The position numbers were made by a program, and so were the translations under genes. DNA of 32,000 nt. It comes from Microcystis aeruginosa NIES-2549. Lineage in GTDB: Bacteria; Cyanobacteriota; Cyanobacteriia; Cyanobacteriales; Microcystaceae. Shown here in pieces: positions 25,314 through 32,000 of the stretch. The first letter of the stretch is position 1. Every line of letters starts with the position of its first letter. The stretch lies in NCBI RefSeq assembly GCF_000981785.2, contig NZ_CP011304.1, positions 1,590,001 through 1,622,000 of the forward strand. Direction: 5' to 3'. The notes beneath the pieces were generated by a model that worked only from the letters and a program-made list of their open reading frames with translations, did not search any database and was not told the origin of the DNA.

Positions 25314-25345
25314 AGCACCGCCATCGTTGCAATAATAGCGGTGCT
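25314..25345 (-). terminator. Probable intrinsic terminator of the dynamin-like operon
   Basis: 8-bp stem AGCACCGC (25314-25321) / GCGGTGCT (25338-25345), located 16 nt downstream of the 772-aa ORF stop. On the minus strand it is followed by GATTTTCGGTATTT. Confidence 0.55.
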
Positions 25346-25360
25346 TTGCTATAGCTAACG

Positions 25361-27679
25361 CTACTGAGAGGAACTATTTCTTTTCAAGGCAATTGCTAAT
25401 TGTCTCAGTCGTTCACTAACTTCTAAATTAAATTCTTGAGATTGCAAATTAGCGGGTAATTCTGCTACAAGCTGAGGATTCTCTTTATACCATTCGTTTT
25501 GAGCGACACCTGCCCATGTTCCTTCTTTTTCTCGAAAAATATCCACTAATCCTCTTAATTCTTGAATACAGTAGGACTCAAATCCTGCGGCTTCAAAAAT
25601 ACCATGGCGTAGATATTCTTCAAAAGCGTTAATATCATTAGTTACTTCAAAGGTAACAACCTCTCTGGGTGGGGTTAATTGGTCAGCCAAATCGATCCAA
25701 TTAACCCCAACTGTATCTACCGTCATTCCGATAACGTTTTTGGCAATTTCTGTTACACCTAATACCTGTTGACGAAGACTAGGGTTAAAGAGTAAATCAG
25801 AACCATACTTAACGTATTTTTTTAAGACTCTAAAAGCAGGTTCATCTCCTTGATAATAGTTATCAATTAGTTCCACATCAGCCCCTAATGATTTGACAAT
25901 TTGGCTGCGGGTATCACTGTTAACAGGACCGCGAATTAATGCTTCAGCAACGGGACGAGCAAACCTTAAAAATAACACTGATAAACTATTTTCTAACCGG
26001 GTTAAAAACTCCTGTTCTGAATAACCAATTAATCGTTCTTTTACTTGAGAACTTCCCCATAATAAAGAGGACATATAATCGACTAATTTTAAGGCTTCAT
26101 CTTTTAATTCTGCCGCTAATTGTCGAGCAAGGGCAGCCAAAAATGTTCTAACATCCCCATACAAGTCATCCCGCCAAGCATAATTAGCTCTTACTTTGTC
26201 GAAGTCTGGAAAAGAATTTGCGTCAAAAATAATTTCTTTTTTTCTTAAAGTTTCCTGTCTTAATTTTGCCATTTCACTGGCTAACAGTTGCCCATAGCGT
26301 TCTTTAAATTTTTCGATACTACTGGAAGATTCGTTATTAACTTTTTCTAAGGGTTTGTTAATGGCAGATGTTTCATAAAAGTTTTGTAAATCAGCTTTTA
26401 TCTGTTCCCATTTTCTATGCCACCATTCTGAAAAATCAATTCTTCTTCTTTCTTCTTCCAAGCGTTGTGCTTCTTCAGGATTTTCGGGAAATCTTTGACT
26501 GACAAAATGGTGAATATCCTCTGAGGTGCTGACAATTTTATCAATGGAAGCTTCACAGCGTTTCTTGAGAATTGCTACTCGCTCAGTATTAATATAATTA
26601 AAGATTTTTTGTTTAATTTCAGGGATTCCTGTAGCTTGAGTTCTTAACATTTCATCATCTATAATTCCAGTCAAAGTTTTTAATTTATCTTGAATATTGC
26701 TGGCTTTTCCGATTTCTAATTGAGTATGTTCTTCCGCCAGATTATTTAAGATTAAATAAGCTCCTGCTGAACCAGAAACAATGCGATTAACCGGTAAATT
26801 AGCGCGTTTTGACCAATCCTGAGAGGCTTCTGTAATATGAGTTTTAAGGGCTTCTGGGCTACCAAGAGAGTCAATATGACTTAAAAAGACAAATAATTTA
26901 TCAGCAATGGTGACATTCTTATCACCTTGTTCTGTAAATTTAATAATTTCTAATTCGGCTTCTCGAATACTGCGAAAACGCTGAATCACGATGACTGCAT
27001 CACAGTCAGATAACATTTGTTGGGCTTCATCAACGTGCTTGGCTAACCCAGAATCTGAACCAGGGACATCATAAAAGACGATTCCTTCTGCTTGAGCGAG
27101 TTTATTAGTATAAAGTCGTGCTTCTAGGACCGCATGGGCGTATTTTTCATCAGCAACGTATTTTTTTAGTTGTTCTCGGATGTCTTCTAGTCGAGTAAAA
27201 GGAATAACTAAATTACCTTCTCGTCTGACTTGTTTTAGGGTGATTTCGTTTTCTCTAATGGTGTTTAAGTCTTCTTTTGCGCCAACGGTTTCTAATTCTT
27301 TGAGAAGATGAATAAATTGTTCTTCGCTGCGGGTTTGCACTTCTAATCTTTGTTCAGATTCGCTTTTAACGGAATAAATTTGCGTGGTGGTAAAGGTACA
27401 TCTTCCCCCTTTGGCAGGAAGTAAATCACATTCTAACCATGCGTTAATAAAGGTACTTTTTCCCGCCTTTTCTAAGCCAACCACAGCAATACGAAATTCT
27501 CTTTTTCTCAGTCTTTCGAGTTGACGGTTAGCAGGTATTGCCTCTTGCAGGAGGATTTCTGTTAATTTAGAGGGAACTTCAGCTTGGGGAAGTTTGGCTA
27601 AGTCAACGGCAAAATGTTGGATATTTAAGACATCACTGAGGCGGGTTTCATAGTAAGATGATGCGGATTTCCAATCCAT
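25361..27679 (-). CDS. Dynamin-like GTPase (bacterial DLP), 772 aa
   Basis: G1 P-loop GLEKAGKST (aa 68-76), G3 DVPG (aa 204-207), and SHID (aa 267-270) at the G4 N/TKxD position, followed by a ~500-aa predicted helical region. ATG start with GGAG 8 nt upstream. Confidence 0.8.
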   Translation of the reverse strand: MDWKSASSYYETRLSDVLNIQHFAVDLAKLPQAEVPSKLTEILLQEAIPANRQLERLRKREFRIAVVGLEKAGKSTFINAWLECDLLPAKGGRCTFTTTQIYSVKSESEQRLEVQTRSEEQFIHLLKELETVGAKEDLNTIRENEITLKQVRREGNLVIPFTRLEDIREQLKKYVADEKYAHAVLEARLYTNKLAQAEGIVFYDVPGSDSGLAKHVDEAQQMLSDCDAVIVIQRFRSIREAELEIIKFTEQGDKNVTIADKLFVFLSHIDSLGSPEALKTHITEASQDWSKRANLPVNRIVSGSAGAYLILNNLAEEHTQLEIGKASNIQDKLKTLTGIIDDEMLRTQATGIPEIKQKIFNYINTERVAILKKRCEASIDKIVSTSEDIHHFVSQRFPENPEEAQRLEEERRRIDFSEWWHRKWEQIKADLQNFYETSAINKPLEKVNNESSSSIEKFKERYGQLLASEMAKLRQETLRKKEIIFDANSFPDFDKVRANYAWRDDLYGDVRTFLAALARQLAAELKDEALKLVDYMSSLLWGSSQVKERLIGYSEQEFLTRLENSLSVLFLRFARPVAEALIRGPVNSDTRSQIVKSLGADVELIDNYYQGDEPAFRVLKKYVKYGSDLLFNPSLRQQVLGVTEIAKNVIGMTVDTVGVNWIDLADQLTPPREVVTFEVTNDINAFEEYLRHGIFEAAGFESYCIQELRGLVDIFREKEGTWAGVAQNEWYKENPQLVAELPANLQSQEFNLEVSERLRQLAIALKRNSSSQ

Positions 27680-27691
27680 TAAATTAACTCC

Positions 27692-28147
27692 TTAAATACG
27701 GTTAAATTTTCTGAGAATAGAGACATTTTTGAGAAACCCTATTTCTGTAACCTTCCCTGTTGCATTAAGTGGAAGTTCTCGCTTCATTCCATACTGAGTT
27801 TCTTTACCAATGATATTACCTCCATTTTTGAGATTAATTCTAACGTAGAATTTTAATCGACTTTCAGGAGAGCGTCCTTCGTCCGGTATAGTCTCTACAG
27901 ATATTTTTTTATACTCTGGCACACATAAAAATTCTGTAGCACAATCAATTAATCTTACAACTTCATCTCTACTAAGAGAATCCCCTTTCCGCAACTTATA
28001 AACTGCTGATGCGGGAACGGCTAGACATAAAGAAGCTGTTGAATTACCTTGCTTTGTAGAACGAGTCTTGTCCTTGTCTATAGTATTAGATTTTATGGAA
28101 GATACAAATTCACGAAATTTTTTGCCAATATTCAAAACATCTTTCAC
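27692..28147 (-). CDS. 151-aa protein of unknown family encoded between the two DLP genes
   Basis: The GTG start overlaps the TAG of the upstream DLP by 1 nt (TAGTG), with GAGGA 9 nt upstream. Its TAA is immediately followed by GGAG and, 12 nt later, the ATG of the next DLP. No motif is recognised. Confidence 0.65.
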   Translation of the reverse strand: MKDVLNIGKKFREFVSSIKSNTIDKDKTRSTKQGNSTASLCLAVPASAVYKLRKGDSLSRDEVVRLIDCATEFLCVPEYKKISVETIPDEGRSPESRLKFYVRINLKNGGNIIGKETQYGMKRELPLNATGKVTEIGFLKNVSILRKFNRI

Positions 28148-30576
28148 TAATTCACATCCTCTTTTTCAAAATTTTCTAACTCAGCAAGGCTTTGTTTTAA
28201 AAATTTAGCTCTTTCTTGGATAGGTTTCCATATAATTTGTGTTTCCTCGTAGTTAGTAGTTATTTCCTGTTGAGCTTTTTCTAGGCTGGCTAAATAGCTA
28301 TTAAAAATGTCATGGGTTTTATGATCTACATTTTTTTTTAAATTATCAATCTGTTCTAATAGCCATTCAAACATTGAACATAACATTTCAGGTTCGCCCT
28401 GTTGCTGGAATTGATGAATCCAATTCTGTAAAAGAGTTTCAGTGCTTGGAATTTCTGCAATCATGCTTTCCTTTTTTTTCATCCATAGCCAGTGTTTAAA
28501 ACTTCTGTAAGTACCAGAACTGATTTCAATATCAGACTCCAAATTAAAGTCAAATTCCAGTTTTCTAGTAAATGTATTAAGTTCAGATTGTGGAAATTTT
28601 ATAACAAAATTTGGTGCTTTTTCTTCAGCACCCTTTTCTATATGTTTAATATGAAATCTAAATAATTCAGATACAGATTCCTCTATTCTGTTACTCTCCT
28701 GAGCAGACACTCTCTTTAATATTTGCGATAAGATGATAGTTAGATGAATTGATAAATTATTTAACTCTTTCTTAATTATTTGAAGATTTAATTTCTCTTT
28801 ATCCCTTTTTGCTGTGATTAATAAACCATTTCTTGCATCTGAACCTCTATAGCCCAATTGAATCAGGATATCCAAGTTGTTTTTTAGCATATTAACCTGA
28901 TTAACATTGGCCTTTTTAAAGTTGATATTGTCCAAATCAACTCTGCCATTATCTAAAGATTTAACTACTGCTTCTAAAACGTTTCTAATAACAGTCTTTA
29001 GTGCCTCTCTCCACTCAACTAAGGGAACTAATTTCTCTTGAATTTGGTCATAAGGGGGAGTAAATTGAAGTTCATTGATAGCCTCTCTTAAACTAGCTAC
29101 TAAATTATCGGCTGTTTTGGTATCAATATCTAATTTTTCAAAAACGGCTAGAGGCTTTCTTAATTTGGCATTACTAGCTTGGAGAAAAGAATCAAGATTT
29201 TCTTTTGTTTGTGATAACAATTCAGATTCTTGCTGATAATTTTCTTCTGAACTGTTAAGAATTGCCGTGGTCGTTTGTACTGCCCATTGTGCAATACTAT
29301 TTCCTGCCGCTACATTAAATTTTTCTATAGCTTGGGGAATAACTAATTTAGGAAAATGTTCTGCTATATGCTTGCTTAGTTTGTCTTCAAATTCTTCTGC
29401 ATAGGATTGTTTGAATAACTCTTTAGCAATTTGTTCTTGTTGAGAGACAGTCCATTTTTTAGGATCATTATCTAATTCTCCTTTTCTAATAGCATTCTTA
29501 ATTAAGAATTGAAAGTGATCAATAGCTTGTTCATGGGGTCTTAATAGTTGATTAATTCTACTTTGATCGTGTTCTGACCATTTATCTTTTATAGTAGGTA
29601 ACTCTTCTAAAATATCTTCAACTAATTCTTTATTTTCTTGGATTTGCAAAGCCAATAAAGCTGGCCATGTACTTAGTTTCAGAATTGTCAAATTTTCAAT
29701 CTCTTCATTGTACTCTCTTAGTTGTTTTGTTAATTCTAATTTAATATTCTTGGTAGTCTTTTCAATAAAACGCTGTTCACTCCTCGGCCATCTTTGATCT
29801 TTTCTAAAAACATCAATTTTATTGAGAATAAATAGCATTCGTGCAGGAGAGCCGCCTAAATCTTTAACTTGATCAACAACTTCTGATAACAAATTATCAA
29901 CTTTGTAAGGATCTGTTTCTTCACTATTATAAGTCACTAAACATAAAGCCTCACGACACTGTTTAATAATAGCTAGATTCCTCTCATCTCCGACATAAGA
30001 TAATCCGGGTAAATCTAATAACTTAACTCTAACCCCTTTAGGCAATTCTAAGAGACTTTCATCTTTAATCAGTCTGAAAGGATAATAAATATTTGCTTGA
30101 GGACAAGCTAAATTAGGTTGTTCTTCTCTAGCATCAATATAACTACTCATTGCATCATATAAAAGGTCATAAATTTCCTCATCGCTAATATTTTTCCATT
30201 CACCACATTTCCACAAGGCTCCAGGTGTTTTTTCAATAATTAAACCTTTTTCTTGGTTATATTCAATCGTAACTGCTCCTGCACTCATCTCACTGACGGC
30301 GGTTGGTACAATATCAGCACCACAGAGGAAATTAACTAAGGTACTCTTACCACTGCTCGTCGTGCCAGTCGTCGCTAAAATCAGGGTAGGATGGCGCAAT
30401 TCATTGATTAACACTTCTAAAGCTTTCTCTAGGTTACTAGAAAGTTCCTGGATTTCACCATGATAGGATTCAGGCAAATGCTGAATAATCTCCGTTTTGA
30501 AGTCACCCCAATAACCCGCTAGAAGGTTAGCTTTATTTTCCACTGCTTGGAAAACTTCGTAAGATTTTTGACCCAT
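28147..30576 (-). CDS. Dynamin-like GTPase (bacterial DLP), 809 aa
   Basis: G1 GTTSSGKST (aa 71-79), G3 DLPG (aa 188-191) and G4 NKID (aa 252-255), followed by a long helical, coiled-coil-like C-terminal region. ATG start. Confidence 0.85.
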   Translation of the reverse strand: MGQKSYEVFQAVENKANLLAGYWGDFKTEIIQHLPESYHGEIQELSSNLEKALEVLINELRHPTLILATTGTTSSGKSTLVNFLCGADIVPTAVSEMSAGAVTIEYNQEKGLIIEKTPGALWKCGEWKNISDEEIYDLLYDAMSSYIDAREEQPNLACPQANIYYPFRLIKDESLLELPKGVRVKLLDLPGLSYVGDERNLAIIKQCREALCLVTYNSEETDPYKVDNLLSEVVDQVKDLGGSPARMLFILNKIDVFRKDQRWPRSEQRFIEKTTKNIKLELTKQLREYNEEIENLTILKLSTWPALLALQIQENKELVEDILEELPTIKDKWSEHDQSRINQLLRPHEQAIDHFQFLIKNAIRKGELDNDPKKWTVSQQEQIAKELFKQSYAEEFEDKLSKHIAEHFPKLVIPQAIEKFNVAAGNSIAQWAVQTTTAILNSSEENYQQESELLSQTKENLDSFLQASNAKLRKPLAVFEKLDIDTKTADNLVASLREAINELQFTPPYDQIQEKLVPLVEWREALKTVIRNVLEAVVKSLDNGRVDLDNINFKKANVNQVNMLKNNLDILIQLGYRGSDARNGLLITAKRDKEKLNLQIIKKELNNLSIHLTIILSQILKRVSAQESNRIEESVSELFRFHIKHIEKGAEEKAPNFVIKFPQSELNTFTRKLEFDFNLESDIEISSGTYRSFKHWLWMKKKESMIAEIPSTETLLQNWIHQFQQQGEPEMLCSMFEWLLEQIDNLKKNVDHKTHDIFNSYLASLEKAQQEITTNYEETQIIWKPIQERAKFLKQSLAELENFEKEDVN

Positions 30577-30611
30577 AATACTCTATCGCTGACAGAATAA
30601 GCCACAACTTC

Positions 30612-30640
30612 ATTATAACGATAATTTTTTTTCCTGCCTA
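30612..30640 (-). promoter_or_regulatory. Candidate sigma70-type promoter of the DLP operon
   Basis: The minus strand reads TAGGCA (30640-30635), a 17-nt spacer, then TATAAT (30617-30612). This would place a TSS about 30 nt upstream of the ATG at 30576. It is a pattern match only. Confidence 0.3.
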
Positions 30641-30832
30641 TATCTCCTGCAAAAATCAAAAATTTTCCCTTATGTAAAGAGACGAACGACAGTAGGAGAA
30701 AAAATACAAGAAACCAATAGACTCTCGATAAAAACCAAGATTATGTCAAATTTATCTGAAGTTTTAGATATTTTGAACCGATAGAGCCTCGATAACTTAC
30801 TTTTACAGGAGGTCTCCTTTAATTCTCCTATT

Positions 30833-31324
30833 CTAAACTGGTAAAAAATCAAAATCTATAATTTCTGCAAAGGTATAAGGACAAACTTGCGGAAACCTAT
30901 CAACAGATAAACCAGTTTTTTTGATTACCGATCGCTTGGCTTTATCATAAATAATATCTAGCCTAGAAGCCCCATAATTGTAGAGGGTTTTTGACTGGAA
31001 TAAAATTTCTAGTTCTAGACGGAAATTATCGATTTCATCGGCCCATCCCCGGCCACAATTACCTTTTTCAGTCAGCCAATACTGATACATTAATAAATGT
31101 TTAACGGTTTGAATTAGATAGCTTTCCACTTTGTTCCTTTGTTCTCTCCCCAAATCTTCTATCTCCGTTAAAAGATGTTCCCAATCTAAATTTTTAATCT
31201 CCCCGCGTCGAATTTGTTCAGTGGTTCGCTCAATCCACAAAACAAAGTCCTGATCATAAAGTTGTTTTAATTCTTCCACCTGCATAGATTTTTGGGATTG
31301 AGCCGTGTTTTTATTATCAATCAT
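30833..31324 (-). CDS. DUF29-family protein
   Basis: LYDQDFVLWIERTTEQIRRGEIKNLDWEHLLTEIEDLGREQRNKVESYLIQTVKHLLMYQYW matches the DUF29 pattern common in cyanobacteria (from memory). The track start is TTG 31330. I prefer ATG 31324. Confidence 0.65.
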   Translation of the reverse strand: MIDNKNTAQSQKSMQVEELKQLYDQDFVLWIERTTEQIRRGEIKNLDWEHLLTEIEDLGREQRNKVESYLIQTVKHLLMYQYWLTEKGNCGRGWADEIDNFRLELEILFQSKTLYNYGASRLDIIYDKAKRSVIKKTGLSVDRFPQVCPYTFAEIIDFDFLPV

Positions 31325-31330
31325 AAACAA

Positions 31331-31360
31331 AACCCCCCACCAATGGGCGGGGGGTTTTTT
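31331..31360 (-). terminator. Intrinsic terminator of psaB
   Basis: CCCCCC (31333-31338) / GGGGGG (31349-31354) stem with additional inner pairs, flanked by A and T runs. On the minus strand the hairpin is followed by TTTTGTTT. It lies 19 nt downstream of the psaB stop. Confidence 0.75.
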
Positions 31361-31378
31361 AGTTACCTAATTCAAGGT

Positions 31379-32000
31379 TTAGCCGAACTTGCCAGCAGTG
31401 GAGGCGATCAAGAAGGCGGCGTAGGTGAAGATATAGCCAACGGTGAAGTGAGCTAAACCAACCAAACGAGCCTGAACGATCGAGAGAGCCACGGGTTTGT
31501 CTTTCCAACGAACGAGGTTCGCCAGAGGAGTGCGTTCGTGGGCCCAAACGATAGTTTCGATCAACTCTTGCCAGTAACCACGCCAAGAGATCAGGAACAT
31601 GAAACCGGTTGCCCAAACGAGGTGTCCAAAGAGGAACATCCAGGCCCAGACAGAAAGGTTGTTAACACCGTAGGGGTTGTAACCGTTGATTAACTGAGCC
31701 GAGTTAGCCCAGAGGTAATCGCGGAACCAGCCCATCAGGTAGGTGGAGTTTTCGTTAAACTGAGCCACGTTACCCGACCAGACACCGAGGTGTTTCCAGT
31801 GCCAGTAGAACGTTAGCCAACCCAGGGTGTTCAACATCCAGAACATGGCTAGGTAGAAGGAATCCCAAGCAGAGATGTCGCAAGTACCGCCACGGCCGGG
31901 ACCGTCGCAAGGGAAGGAATACCCGAAGTCTTTTTTATCGGGCATTAATTTGGAACCACGAGCGTCTAAAGCACCTTTAACCAGGATTAGAACGGTGGTG
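31379..32000 (-). CDS. psaB: Photosystem I P700 apoprotein A2, C-terminal part (gene continues beyond the right edge)
   Basis: The translation ends ...[32 protein letters not shown] and contains the FX cluster loop [18 protein letters not shown]. The frame stays open upstream of the track Met (…[19 protein letters not shown]) to the window edge. Confidence 0.95.
   Translation of the reverse strand, partial: TTVLILVKGALDARGSKLMPDKKDFGYSFPCDGPGRGGTCDISAWDSFYLAMFWMLNTLGWLTFYWHWKHLGVWSGNVAQFNENSTYLMGWFRDYLWANSAQLINGYNPYGVNNLSVWAWMFLFGHLVWATGFMFLISWRGYWQELIETIVWAHERTPLANLVRWKDKPVALSIVQARLVGLAHFTVGYIFTYAAFLIASTAGKFG

Noticed and set aside
24836-26151. Track ORFs 24836-25018 (+) and 25939-26151 (+), antisense to the recombinase and DLP genes
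   Set aside because: They are shadow ORFs in AT-rich or long genes on the other strand.
30670-30852. Track ORF 30670-30852 (-, 60 aa) in the DLP upstream region
   Set aside because: It overlaps the DUF29 stop, has no SD and has low-complexity sequence. The interval is better explained as promoter or regulatory DNA containing the direct repeats.
31359-31616. Track ORF 31359-31616 (-), alternative frame within psaB
   Set aside because: It is an out-of-frame overlap with the highly conserved psaB reading frame.

Overview
This is a cyanobacterial chromosomal segment. It carries psaB, apcD, petG and glgA, and the HIP1 octamer GCGATCGC recurs through the housekeeping genes. The overall style suggests a Microcystis-like unicellular cyanobacterium, but that is inference only. 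I can support about 30 protein genes, a partial tRNA-Asn at the left edge, tRNA-Ala(CGC) at 9739-9811, and several intrinsic terminators. There is no rRNA and no CRISPR array. Housekeeping content: an M16 peptidase pair, coaX, mtnD, petG (too short for the ORF track), a metallophosphoesterase, trmB, a thioredoxin-TPR protein, glgA, a PBP4-type peptidase, glutathione reductase, an SPFH protein, apcD, corA and the psaB 3' end. Two blocks are AT-rich and lack HIP1. (i) About 4.9-9.7 kb holds a lipid-linked glycan module: a GtrA-GT2 fusion, SDR enzymes and a 741-aa polytopic membrane protein. It abuts the 3' end of tRNA-Ala. (ii) 25.35-30.8 kb holds a translationally coupled minus-strand operon: an 809-aa dynamin-like GTPase, a 151-aa orphan and a 772-aa dynamin-like GTPase. 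It sits between a large-serine-recombinase homolog whose catalytic motifs look degenerate and a DUF29 gene next to psaB. Block (ii) is my top candidate for an uncharacterised system, either Eleos/DynA-like phage defence or membrane surveillance. The competing reading is a housekeeping membrane-remodelling DLP pair. Other observations: a two-copy MITE-like element family with inverted 7-nt tandem-repeat arms, each copy sitting directly 5' of a gene; a G-quadruplex-type tract with heptamer repeats; a decayed ABC-2 permease remnant; an SDR with FxxxK in place of YxxxK; and short shared or palindromic intergenic motifs. All family calls come from motif recognition by eye. No searches were run.
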